Source: Azolla caroliniana | Lineage: Eukaryota; Plantae; Polypodiophyta | DNA length: 64,000 bases | Direction of reading: 5' to 3' | Assembly (NCBI GenBank): GCA_043228905.1 | Contig: JBHGNT010000006.1 | Location: 8,928,001-8,992,000 of the forward strand | In this document: one piece after another, positions 39,397-52,900 of the stretch | Layout: the number at the start of each line of letters is the position of its first letter | Numbering within the stretch: the stretch's first letter is position 1 | Notes under the pieces: model-generated | The model's database searches: none | What the model was told of the DNA's origin: nothing | Seen by the model: only the letters and a program-made list of their open reading frames with translations | Made by a program: the position numbers and the translations under genes

Positions 39397-41064
39397 TATA
39401 TTATCGTCTTCGGAGGTCAAATATGACCTATGAGACCAAAAATATTACATTTCACGTGATACGTGTGAAAGTGAGTAGTGACTCTTGATGTTCAAGAACT
39501 TTACCAATGAATGTTGCAATCGAGAGTGCACATTGTGGTTGTGAGAGGAATTCATGCAAAGATTGGGCTCGATCGAAGAGATGTGGAAAGCATGGTCGAA
39601 TATGATCAAAGGTAGAGCATTGTATCAAAGTGTGATACTCAGACTCGTGAACTTGTTTACGGCAAAGTGTGCATAGCCGACCACTCTCATCACTTGTACC
39701 CCAATGCCCTGTTTCACATCGCAATGCATGTGAGTGAAGTCGCATGGAAGCAATGGTTCGAATGGCAGATAACGGTATGGGCTCTAACATGTATGGATGT
39801 GTACAATTTCCCTTTTCTGCAAAGAATATGGTTTTGTAGTTAGGTGCAACATGTGTAGTATAATGTGTGAAGCGTGAGCCTCCACATTTGTCCCATGTCA
39901 TGATACATTGGCGTTGCAAAAATGCCTCATTTACAGAGGAATCTAATGATGTATCATGAAGCAAATGTCTCGCATCCCATCTACCAAACCATTTTTCTAT
40001 ATCTTGCATCCAACCGGAACACAAAATTTTGCTTTTATGCGTCTTTTGGATCTTTTTGCTTGCTTCCCACGCAATTCTAGGAAGTTGATGTGAGGGGCTT
40101 TTTTGAACCTTAAGCATGTATTCAACAACCCTTTCCATGGCCATGATCTCAATGGGAAGCGATCCCGTCTCAAGGAGGAGGAGGGTGTAGGGCGTTTGTT
40201 TCTTAACTTGTAGAAACTTGGAAGAAAATGCTTTTGGACATTTTCAAACTCTTTCGACATAGATTTAGGGATACTACCGCCCCATACTTCCACCCCATAG
40301 AGAAGAACCGGTGTCACCAAAGTGTCGAAAAGATATTTCTTGAGGACCCAACACTTAAAATCTCCAAGATTGCATGTGTTCTCAAATGCATAGTATGCTC
40401 GCTTGCCCGCCTCTAAGTGGCGTGTAGCACATTCATTCCATCTATGATTTGAAAGAACTTCAAGGCCAAGATATTTGAAGCTTTCCACACATTCAAGTGG
40501 CTCATTGTTGTACATAATGCATGGTTTATCTCTTTTTTGGCTCTTCACAAGCATAATCTTTGTTTTAGAGCTATTGACACTTAATTTAGTATGCATGCAA
40601 AATTTTTCCAATGCCTTCATAAGCTTTTGTGCATCTCCTAAAGTATTTGCAAAAAGCACTACATCATCTGCATATAGCAAAAGCATAATTACAACATTCC
40701 CAATGGCAACTTCTTCAACACAAGAGAGAGAGAGAGAGAGAGAGATACAGAGCGAGTCTCTGTTGTAACTGCCGCCAGGCAAAGATTGAGAGCAAGAGGT
40801 TGTGGCCTCTTTGTTCCTCTGTTGTATTCCTCTTACATAGTGATAGTTGGAGTTTGTGGACTCCCGTGGTTTTTCCCATTTAGGGGTTTCCACGTAAATA
40901 TATTGTGTACCCTCTCTCATATTGTCTATGTGTACATGTATTCACCTCCACTCCCATTCTCGGTGCTCGATTCGAAACGACACGATCTGAGACTCGGCTA
41001 AGGTCGAGTAATATTCCGCATATTTCGCGTCAATCGCACCTGACCTCAACGCTTGCATCTAACA
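39034..41064 (+). mobile_element. Solo LTR (same family as 43886-44514) split by an RTE insertion
   Basis: Begins TGTTAG and ends CA at 41032 or CTAACA at 41064. TATAAATA near 39236. Both halves (39034-39350 and 40722 onward) match the reverse complement of 43886-44514. No TSD found. Confidence 0.8.
39365..40721 (-). mobile_element. RTE-clade LINE family C, 5'-truncated, nested in the LTR
   Basis: LLLYADDVVL, FKYLG, LLYGVEVWG, CTLC..ESEYH..C, 3' hairpin and (ATCT)n tail. (GA)n on both flanks. Confidence 0.9.
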
Positions 41065-42321
41065 TTATAGGAACAACTGAACAAAGTCAGCGAATTCTCC
41101 TTGTCTTAATAGTTGTCTTTCCAGAACCCTTATAACTTTCATAATCACCTTTAACCGTATGTACCAATAAGTTCCAAAAAGACTTTACCTGATCCACAAC
41201 GTGAGCGTTTTAATCATTGTATAACTTGGAACACCTAACTTTCCAAAGAACCCATAAAGCCAACGAGGAGACAATTTGTCAAACATAACTCCGCGAGAAG
41301 AACTTGATTCCTTGCAAGGAACTTGAAGTAGAATATACCTGAAAACGTCTTACATGTAAAGACAAGGAAGAATGATGATAATGATAAAAAGGCATTTGTT
41401 GATCCAACATTCCCTAAAAGACTACACCCCACGTGAAAATAACTGACCTATACTTACGACCTAGAAGCCTAAGAATTCGACACCAAAAACTTTTTGCGGC
41501 AACACATTCCCAAAATACATCATGCAATGTCTTAGCCGCAAACCCACACATAACACATGACCGATTACTCACCCATCCCCTCAGCAAATCACCTACTGAC
41601 AATGCATAATGAATCATTAACCATCGAAAATGCAATATCTTATTCATGTATTTAATTGACCAAAACTGTTTCCAAAACATCACCATATGAGAAGATGAGA
41701 CATTACCTTCCTCCCAATACTTTTTTCCAGCAGGTATCGACTCCATCTACTTCAATATAAAATTTCTCCCAAACGCCATTGAATATGTGAAGAAAGGGAG
41801 GACCTTAGTCGAGGAGTAAGTCATTGACAGTTTCCAACCATAATCCGATGGATCCCACTGCAGATCGTCAATTGGCCTAGAGTGTAACACCCAAATATGA
41901 GATGAGTAGTTAGCAATTAGTGGACTAGGATCAATATATATAATTTTATCTAATCTAGCAATTACTCGCACTGGCAATTGTCGCAACGGACATGATTGGA
42001 AACTCCACATCCACTAGTATCAACCTACCATTGTCTAGAACTTCATAAAAATAGAGGATGTCATTTTGATGATATAACCGAGCTCCAATAAGTATATTGA
42101 GTGTCGAGAACATACCGTGCCAACTTTGAAAATGATCGAATTGCAATGTTGGCATTGTGTCGTGATACACTATGCATCGTTGCGATAACATGATCTTTGC
42201 CCCTCTTAAGTTAGATAACCTATTCCTTTGATCCTGCGCTGAAGACTGCAGAAACTTTATCCAATCCGTAACCGTACGAGTTGGGCCACTATCCATTGAA
42301 GCCCAAGATAACCTAGGGCGT

Positions 42322-43092
42322 TGTCGTGAAGGATTCGAAATCAATATAAAAATAAAAATAAAAATAAACTTCACAATATAAAAATAAACTTCAATATTGT
42401 ATTAAGTAACATTCGAAAGACTTGAACCCATAACCTCACTCACCAAGGACGAAACATATACCATTAGCATAAGTTATTTTCTATAATTATATTTTTATCA
42501 TCATACTTATGACATGTGTATCTTCATACATTAGAGCTTAGATGAGCATGATGGCTATCATGCATCACATGTAAAGCATGTGCGCCAAATGGCGATCATG
42601 TACGCCATGCATTACATGCATGCCATGCACCCCCATATCATCATATGCATGAGAGAACCTATAAAGAGAGGCAAGGAATTAAGGGATGAATAAAGGGAAA
42701 ACAGGGTAATCAAGAAGAGAAAGTAAGAAATCAAATAGTTTATCAAGCAAAGAAGCTTGCTCATTTGGAGAAGTGTTTTGTTTCTCAGTGTTGAAGTCGA
42801 GGGTTCAAATCAAGGGTCGGTAGAGAAAGGTTTCATCTTGCTATCAAGCAAATTGTAAAGTTGGTAAAATCTTGTTTTCTTAATATAAATCATGTTCATA
42901 TCATATACTCTTGCTTCTTAAATCATACATTGTCTATATCTTTTATCTATACTCGTCTCTCTCACACACATTACTTTGTCTTCCTATCCTTAACCTTTCA
43001 ACATCAACGCATAAGCCTTATAAAATATATAGCCGACTTCCTTTAACCTTAGTCCCTGCGAGTTCGCCGCACGAACCACAACTACTCTAACA
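42322..43092 (+). mobile_element. Solo LTR of a second family inserted in the L1
   Basis: TG...CA ends and an imperfect 4-bp TSD (GCGT/ACGT). Removing it restores the L1 frame VLGLRPRLSW. TATAAA near 42660. Confidence 0.7.
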
Positions 43093-43885
43093 ACGTAAAC
43101 CCAAAACACATGCGACTTCATCAGTAAATAAAGGATTCCATATTAATAGTTGACGCATAAATTGATTATAGCTTTTCGGTGGTAATATTCCAAATATTAT
43201 GCACAATAAGAGCACAATCTTGGCTAAGAAACACATGATTTGGAATTCTAAACCTAGACTTCTTATAATGCTCCTGCAAGACTCTAACTAAACGAAGTGG
43301 TGCATGATCAGAAAAAGAAAAAGATCGGCATAGAATCTATCTAACCTAGACAAATTGGTATGTGACTGTCTTCTAGCTGATCTCGAATACTCTAAGGAAT
43401 CTTGTATCCTTGCAAAAGAAGACACATGCCACAAGTCCATTAAACCTAAAGAAAAAATCAAATGTTCCCATTCATATAATTCTAAACCAGATATTGTTTG
43501 TGATGTGCCTCCTAACCTATCACACCCATCCTCCAACATATTAAAGTCACCCGCAATTGCCCAGTGGTCAACAACCGATCATTGTGCCATTAGGCTCTTC
43601 CATAATATCATTCAATCTTTCGTATGGTTCGGTGCATATATATTCAACAATCCCCATTTCTTCAAACCAATTTGTAGAATTACATAATGACCTCTACCAC
43701 AAGTCAAAACTCCGTAATGTAAGAAAGAAGACCACCAAATGTCATTTATTGCAATGCAAAGTCCTACATTCAGATTATCATCCCCAATTGTAGGCACCCA
43801 TAACTGTCTCCATTGGCTTGACAACAAATTTCCATATTTTTGTATCCTTTGTTCATTTAAATGATGCTCTTGAATAAGAAGAACA

Positions 43886-44514
43886 TGACGTGGAATACGC
43901 GGAATAATCTCCGGTCACAACCGAAGCGTAGATCACTTGATAACAATCGAACACATAAGAAATGGGAATGGAGGTAAGTACCCGAATAGAAAAGAGAATA
44001 CACAGGATGTTAACGTGGAAAACCCTGAGAGGGAAAAACCACGGGAGTCCACAGACTCCAAACTATCACTATGCCAACAATTACAACAAGGAGCGCAGAG
44101 GCAACGACCTCCTGCTCACGATCTTCGCCTGGCGGCGGTTACAACAGAGACATGCTCTGTATCGCTCTCTCTGTCTCTCTCTGTACAGTCGTTACACCAA
44201 AATTACACACACACAACTACTGAGTTTGCCCTAGGTCATATTTATACTAATATGACTTTTGGCTATTTACAAAATATAGCCCTAGTGGGCTCTCGGGAAC
44301 ATATTTACATATATGTCCCTTCATCCGGTGAGAGGTTCTCATCGGGCCTACATCATCCGGTTCTCACCGGGGTCTTCCGATGTCGGGCCTGCAACATCCG
44401 GTTCTCACCGGGTCTTCCGATGCTGGGTACTCTACATCCGGATTCGGCCTCGTCCGAGTTGCTCATCAACACTGTTCTTCTCACTTCCCATCCGAAGGGA
44501 CCTATTTCCTAACA
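43886..44514 (-). mobile_element. Solo LTR with perfect 5-bp TSD GAACA
   Basis: GAACA|TGACG...CTAACA|GAACA. Interrupts the L1 endonuclease coding region. Confidence 0.9.
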
Positions 44515-45999
44515 GAACATCAATCCTACCTATCAAAGACTTCCTTAACTAACGACAGATAACACTCCTTACTTTATAGTAATGCCTGCCCCCATGCCCC
44601 GTACATTCCATGAAATAATATTTAACATGTCCATCATTCATGTTCTGCACTCCTACTCTCCTTTCACCAAGTGCACCGTCTCTATCCTTTCTTCCATCCT
44701 TTGAGGCCCGTAATTGTCTCTTATTTGACCAAATGTCTTTCCCAGTCAACTTATGTTCACGCATTGGCATATGTTTATCTATTATAGAAACCCTATCAGA
44801 CGACTTAGAAACTTTAGTAAAAGCAACTATATTGCCACAATTCAAGTCAACATGTGTAAGTTTAGCCTTGACCACTTCAATATTTTAAAACTCTTCCAAA
44901 GCTACGGATCTATCAACTTGTTGTACTTGATCTAAAAACATTTGTTTATCGCTACTAAATTGATTATTAGCCTTAGAAACAGATTCTACCTTTTGTACCT
45001 TCGAAAATGTGTCTTGCGAATTATGTTCCACCCAATGCTCCTTTGTGAAAACTAGGAGGGAAAAACTACCATCCACATGACTAATCCCCACCTCCTTTTC
45101 CACTTCCCTCATTATTAACATTTGGTCGAGGAGGTGAATGTGCTTCAACATTCGGACGTCGCTTCTAACAATCTCGACCTAAATGACCAAACTTCTACGC
45201 CCGCCTCCTTAATTGCTAGTAGCCTTGTGACGGGCTCCTCGCTTGCAAATTCCATATGGTAACATCCTCAAGACATGAATTGAATATCGAGTATGTTATC
45301 CGCTTCCTCCCTCGCCCAAAATTGTAGCTCTATCCTCCTCCGATAACACTAGGTCGACAGTCTCATCACTCAAATGAGACGAAAGTTGGGGGTGTGCACT
45401 GGACTCCCCTGATCGCGTATGCAGTTCAGCCGCAGATGAAGTAAGAGGTTGGTGCGGAGTCGACCTCTTGCTCGTGCTGGGATCACCTGTTGATGTGGTT
45501 GTGTTGTTCGCGCCATACACGACTTGTTCCTTTCTTGTCGTTTTCCCCTTCTTCTTCTGTTTTCTCTAATTAATATTTTATTTTCTTGATTTTAATTATT
45601 ATTTTTAGCCCCATGAGGAGGGCTTGAAAGGTAATTAGGGAAAGTAGATTAGTTTTGGTATTTTTGCCCTATGAACAGGTGTCGTCCTATGAACAGGACG
45701 TCGGCTCCGGCTAGCGTGGTGGGTTTGACTCTTATCACCTAAAAGTTACGGTGGGACGTTATGTTTATTTCGGAGGTTAGAATTAAAATTCAAAAAATGC
45801 TTGCGATGCTCGCGACGAAGGCTTTATTCTAACATGACAAGATTCGGGTTAGACGGCTTGATGACACACTAAATGTTGGTTTTGTCAAATTATTTTAACT
45901 TTGTCTCCCCAGCTCAAAATTCTGTGCCGAAAACTCTGACGCACTCCCTACTTGACCATGTTAGTTTAAATAAGGATTTGCACAAGTTAATTGAATTAT

Positions 46000-47350
46000 A
46001 TATTGTATTAAAAAATATTATAGGTAGTAATTAGTTCACATTACTGTAATGGTTATTCTTTTCATTGCATCGATATGGTGGTCCACAACAAACATCTCAC
46101 ATCTAGTAATCCTCCAAATTTGATGCTAAAACAATACTTTATCCAAATGACGATAGTTGATACATAGTCGCCCTGGTTCATAATATTTCACATCGAATAA
46201 GACTAACTAACTTTAGAGTGCCATTATTCATATTGTAACGAATGTGTCCATTCCTAATAATCCTCAAGTTGAGGATCAATCTCATCTGCTTTGGATTAAC
46301 TAAGTCAATACAAAGGAATATAAACAAGTGCATCATTATGTATGAGATTAAGATAAATGGAAACACTACGTAGCATAGGTGACAATTGTCTAGAAAAGCA
46401 TTGATGTAAAGCATTGTCCAGTCCCATCTCCAATGAGGAGGGTTTGAAGACCAAGTCATTGATGTGAGCCATTGTGATACATTTACTTATAAGTTGGCGA
46501 AATTTAAGCAATCATTCTGATAGAAAAAGATAGTGTTTGAACTTTGCTTGACAAACAATATTCGGGAAATTATCTCACGTCGACCCCTCTCTAGACATGT
46601 TCATGGTGTTTTGAGATTCAAGCGACTATGGCAACACTAAGGCCTTTTATTTCACCCCCATGAAATAAAAGCCTTTTACCCCATCTCTATTTCGAATGTT
46701 TATGTTATCTATCTAGAGGCATTGTTTGTGCACACACAATTTCGCTAATGAAATGCAATCACTTTGCCCACAAAAGTAGTTTTAACTCTTTAATTCCCCC
46801 ATTGGGACTTTGAATCACATGTTGATGTAATGCAAGGATACATACATATATTTTCCAAGAAATGCCTATTGAAAACAAAGTTAGAGTATACTATTATTAG
46901 GTGTTTGCCACATACCAACTACACATCATGATGTATTCAATTTCTCTTTAGATGTGTAATACGACAAATAAAGCACCATGTACATACATAGATGAATGGG
47001 ATAAGCCAAAGGTGTGTTCCCATATTTGACCATGGTTTAAAACTTGTGATTGTAACCTCAAATTTCAACCAAGAACATTATGAAACATGTTTGGCAAAAG
47101 TTGAGTATTACATCACAATGGACATGTAAGATAGATTGACGAAATTTGAATAGAGATTTGAATAGAGTATTGCCATATGTGTGTGAAATTATCTGGAAAA
47201 AATCGGATCATTCACCAAGATATGTGTGTAACATAGTCTATGATTTATGTCCTTCTAATAAACGATTATTGTTTCCCAACATTTGTGCTCGAGTCATGTG
47301 AATTGGACAACTCCTTTGATTCACAACCTCTTTATTTTCCAAAAAGATTT
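46000..47350 (-). mobile_element. Possible decayed hAT-like transposase remnant
   Basis: HCxAH-like trace on the minus strand near 46720-46745. No ORF. Confidence 0.25.
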
Positions 47351-47399
47351 CCTTCATTGGTATTAGAAAAAACTTTGTAAGGCTACAAATTGTACAATT

Positions 47400-48400
47400 A
47401 GAGAGTGTTATATACAAAAAGGATAATCAGGGGAAGGGCCAGGGATGATGATATTTCCAGATAGGTCCTTGAGAGGAGACCGTGAATAGAGGCAACTTCC
47501 TCCATAATTGCAGTAATGTTTTCCTTTTCTTAAGAACAACCTCCGAAGGGCGCGACATATTGTCATATTACCCACACACTACCGCCAATAAGTTGTCCCA
47601 TAATTCTAGCAATATATCTAAGAGAAGGGGAATTATAGAATCATATCGTCTTTTACACCGATACTTCCATAAGGTCCATAATGTAATCGTGGATACTGTT
47701 TTCCATACATGGGTTGCACGCATTTGCTTTCAAGGTTGCTGAAAAGGGGAGACAGATATTAGATTCCTATTGACGACTATCTTAGCCTCTTGCATCATCT
47801 GCCTCATACAATAAGAGACTGGAATGGAGAACCCTCCATACCGTTGATCCCCGGGAGAATAGGCAACCTACATTAATTGTTAGGAATAAAGAAAGAACGT
47901 TATTCCATACTTGTTGGGCTATTGAAGAGGACCAGAGAACATGCTTGGTAGTTTCCTGCAAGTCACCACAATAACTACATTGTCTAAGAATGGGTGCCAT
48001 GTTTCCTTTAAAAAACTGACCTACTAGTAGTGTTGCATGTAGTAAAAGCCATCTGAAGAGAGTGTATTTTGTTGGTCCCCTAAAACCAAATCCATTTCCA
48101 ATAAGCCTTCAAGTGATTGCTTGAGACACCCCACTTATTCCAGTGCATTTGAGCCGCAGGAGTTGGAATATGCTTAGACATGAGTAAGGTTCTACCAAAT
48201 TTCACAATACTTTTTGCATTGGATCCATCGTGGGACTAGTCCAAGACCATCCCCCTGGGTCCCACATTAGCCTATTAATTGGTTGTCGTGCATATAACCA
48301 AAGGATCAACTCTTGTAGCAAGCAAGCCATTACCATGTACAACTCAATGCCACAACAATGGTATGGGACGCATCGATCAAGGCTCGAGTCCATCTTGATC
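47400..48400 (-). mobile_element. L1-clade LINE 3' fragment
   Basis: WDP..W.W and CSYC..ETTKHVLW zinc-finger motifs, homologous to the 3' parts of the other two L1s. Confidence 0.75.
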
Positions 48401-49992
48401 CCTTCACTCAAGGGTGGTCAAGTGGATCGACACCCTTCTTTCTCTCTCTTCTCTATTTTCCTATCTGATATTTCCTTATCTTTTGCTTACATTGGGATTA
48501 AGCTCTAACACGTGGCAACAATATTTGGACATTGTGGACAAGTTTTCCACCCTTCAAGTTTGTTACTAGTTTTAGAAGATTGATTCACAAGTATTATTTC
48601 ATTTGGAGATATTCCCACATTTGATTAGTTTATCTCTTGTTTCCATTGTATAGTTGTTTATCAGCCGCAATGTGGTTTTTTATTTTCTTTGAAGCCTCTT
48701 TTCTTCCATGCATGATATTGCCTAATAGATCATCAAAGGCTATTACTTGTTACTACACCCCAAAACGTCTAATCTTTCATGCGCTCTCCATTTTTCTTTC
48801 CCTAGCTTCATAATCTATTCCAATTAATTTGTCAAGCCAAATGGATAAATATGCAATGATGGTCACCGATGTTCCTATTGCTAGCATAGTCAACAATGGA
48901 GTTGGAATGCGTTCACCCACTAATTCAAGATATTCCCCATGATAAGTAGGACAATTCACTTTTAAAATAAAATGTACATTCATATGTAAAGTATACTTTA
49001 TTGTGTAATGCCAAATATGTACAATTACTTGGTTTATAAATTATAATGTTAAAGTATAAATAAATAAATGGGTTGTCCATGATGTAATCTCTCTCCATCA
49101 TCATTGGTAGAAGCTCACAATCTAGGCATGTCTCCAAAAGTTGTAACAAGATGTTAAAGCCAGAGCTCTAAATAAAAAAAATGATTTTGAATAAGTCTTT
49201 GAAAAATTATGAATGATACATGATACACATAGTAGGGAAATGTGTCCTTGTAACTATGATGTGAGTGATTGAAGATTGATATTGAAATGAAAAAAAGAGA
49301 ATAGGGTTGGTGCATCAAACAATGCCACTGTGTTTGATACCCAGATAACTGAAATGCATTAAGTAACACATCAATAAGATTACACAGTGATGTTAAGGAA
49401 CTAAAGGTGTATAAATTTGTTACTCACATACCATAACATCAAAGGCATAGAATCGAGAGAACCCAAGTTTGATCCTTGTCACAGCCTCAGCCCCAGCCCT
49501 ATCCCTATCCCATAGCATTTGATCTCTCGCAGATGGTAATATTAAGTGTATTTATTTTTCTATCTATCTGCAGATAAATGATAAGCAACTATCTAAATTG
49601 AGTTAAAATGCTTGAAAATATTCATGCAAAACAACGATATACCAACTGCCTCCAATAAATATATCAGAATAGAGTTGGGTGTCCACATGCAGAGCATTGA
49701 TGAACAATAGACTCATATATGCATGATATGCAGTTTATTCCACAATAGCCTAGCAACTTTAAATGCATTGACCAGAAAGGTTTGCAGCATCATTTTGTTG
49801 AGATAGCAAGATGAATAAATCAGCAATCTTGCTGATGTGTATACAACTCAAAACAGCAGAGAATGACAGAAAAAATTTATAGTTGTAATAATATCTTCAC
49901 CATAAAGCATCATGCGAAGATAAATATTAGTTAGCAAAACTCTTTAGTAGCACTATTGTCCCCCTAAAGTCTCTTGAGAAGAGGATTGGAAG

Positions 49993-52900
49993 TTAAAACC
50001 TGATTTTCAAGAATGCTAAGAGTGCGACCAGAGCTCCCCCAAGATGAGCAGGCCCTGAGACATCTGTATCACCCTTCATTCAATAACGTGATTGAGTCAG
50101 ATCTATTGTTTTCCAAGGCAAAAGAAGATACAAAGAAAGAATCTTACACTATCATGCTTACATAAATGCCTAGGACTTTCATTAACTGTATGGAAATGCA
50201 GACAAACTAGCTTCAAATAGCATAGCAAACAAGAATGTCAAACACCTCACACAAATACCTCAATACGCCCTTCCAAAGGTCCATTAAACCATATACTTAG
50301 AATGTCCCAATTTCTAAGTTGCTGGCCAATATGAGGTAGATTCACGAGGAAGAAGATGGAAAACTTCAGCTTATAAATAAGCTGATGAACTAATGGGTAA
50401 CTAACCAAAGTCAAATAATCTTGAAAGAAATGACATCAACCATAAGGATCAAACATTAATTGAACTCGAACTGTCATAGTATAAAAAAATTTGAATGTTA
50501 TATTTACAACCTCTATATGGTCTTGAGTGTTAATCCAGCACTTATTGGTTTGGTTGCTCCAACTTATTTTACTACGCAATTTACATCCAAAGTGAAATGC
50601 AGTCATTCATAAATGCAAAGATATCTATATATGAATCACATATTCATCATTGCATATACAAGAACAGAAAATGGAATACAAATAGATCAAATGTCCTTAA
50701 ACATTATAGTCCGGCCTGGTTTCGTCACAAAAATATTTACAATTAGTTACAAATAAAATATACTTCATAGAATGTTATACTGGTGATGAATATGCCAGAT
50801 TAAATATCCATATTTAACATGCTTTATCACAAAACGTGTTGTCAATATAATTAAAAACTTCATTCTTCAAACAATCAAATGTATAAAAAGAGAAAGAAAA
50901 TACCTGCTTGGCTAACCATAGATCCCTTCCAATAATTATCAGTCCCTGCAGTTCCAAGCATATATATTATTTCAATAATAGTCTACAAATAAATTGCATA
51001 AATCAAAGAGCTCAAATAAGATACCAGTAGTGCTGCAGGCATGGGAATGAACATTTGAAAAAATATAATTTGCTTTGGATGGAGAAAAATATTGAGCAAC
51101 ATAATGCTTGTAACTGCTCCACTTGCACCCTGAACATGAATTGCATTAGTTTTGAAATTTAGAATATGAAAATTAAGATCAACACATACATTACACATCA
51201 CTACCATACCAATGCTGTTGGAGAGTATCGAGGGTTGTAAAAGTATCTTGGAGTTTTCTGTCACAGAAAATGCAATATAAATATGAGTGATCAAAAAATT
51301 CATTTGTCATGAGAATTGACAGCAAAAATATGAATGACCTGCAACCAAGGATATATGTAAGTATAGTAAAGTAAATGGCCAAATGATCCACCAACAGCAC
51401 CCGCAACATATATTGTCAAAAGATACTTTCCCCCAAATGTTCTGCCAATCTGAACTGATGCTTGCAAAAATAAATTGAAATGCTCAATCAGAAGTATGAG
51501 GATCTTCATGCTTGTAGGATCTCAAAAATATGAAATTGGTTCTTGTGAGAATGGAATGTTTGATGAAATTAAGATTAAAGACCAGAAAGATAGAGACTTC
51601 CAAGAATCAGCTGGTAATATCAAAAGATGTGGCACTCATACCTTTAAATGCCAAATCTCCTGTTTTAGTCTTTTTATTGGATCATTAACGATAATTACTT
51701 TTCGTAGAACCAACCTCTGAGCCAAAGAAATACAGCCCTATCATATTTGACAGCAAATGACTCCCATCCCGTTGGCTGAAAGCAGATGTCAGTATTGTGT
51801 ATAGTCGTCCACTCAAGACAGAATCAACTGACACCTGTCCACACAGTACAAGCAACATGTGGGCGAATCCATGCAATAAACTAGAGTCTGGATTCTTAAT
51901 CCTTGAATCAGAAATATAGACAGATTGAAATATATTAGAAATATGATCATCACAAAATAAACTACAGTGTTTTCGATACAATCATTGTATGCATGATTAT
52001 CCTACCTACTGATGGGAAAGCTCAAAGGGCTCTTTGTATCTCACCGTGAAATGCTTATCCATGAACCTAACATTCATTTGCTGCCACATCACATAAACAG
52101 CCACATTGGTCCCAATCAAAGTCCAAAGGACAGTAGTTGCATTAAACAAGTCTGGCCCTCTGCAAATCAGTTAGCAGACATGAAACCAAAAAAATAAGTT
52201 TAAAATGTTGCTTTAGAAGAGACATCATATAACATATAGAAGAGAGAAATATTTGATAACCATCTTGTCAACGGTCGGTTGTGGTGCTTGCTTACTTCCA
52301 GCTAATGATTCCTTGATGTTAAGCTTGCTGACCATCACTCAAATATACAGTAATTACCAATGCATAAGGATTCACCAATCACTACCCAGGTGGTCTATCC
52401 AGTTGCTTCACCAGCACCATTGGTGTAAAACAGGGTTGCCCCCTATCACCGACTCTTTTTGGGATCTACATTGATGAGATCACTGATTTTATTACTCGTA
52501 AGGGAGGCAACGGAGTAGCCATGGGGTTTACGCAAGTTGGTCTCTTACTCTACGCAGATGACATAGTTTTGCTCTCGGAGTCTGAACACGACCTACAAAA
52601 GCACCTTAATGCCCTAGATGACTTTTGCACACAACGAGGAGTGGTAGTGAATCTAGCGAAAACTAAAGTCCTTATCTTTCATACATCATCTCGAGTTAGG
52701 AATCAATGTCACCTAATCCTCTCTCATAAACCAATTGAGGTAGTTGGATCATATGTATATATGGGAGTCACTTTTAGTGCTCATTCAGGTAAATTCTCGA
52801 TGACCCAAGCAGCCAAAGATAGGCTAGCGAGAGGGTATGCATCCCTCTCACTCTTAGAGAGACGATGCCACCAGACATACTTTCAAGAGCCACGGACTAA

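Larger units (their letters stand above)
41065..45500 (-). mobile_element. Degenerate L1-clade LINE with internal deletion of RT and two LTR insertions
   Basis: EN motifs (IDVLLIQEHHL across the LTR, LLNIYAPN, GDFN, SRLDRFY), then LIWNP, and zinc finger CVMC..TLH..FWEC. The 44550-45500 part is presumed ORF1 remnant. Confidence 0.8.

Noticed and set aside
39997-40920. 307-aa ORF as a novel RT fusion protein
   Set aside because: It is a chance read-through from antisense LTR sequence across (CT)n into a truncated, frameshifted RTE.
43937-44562. ORFs inside the solo LTR
   Set aside because: Non-coding LTR sequence. The frames are not conserved in the related copies.
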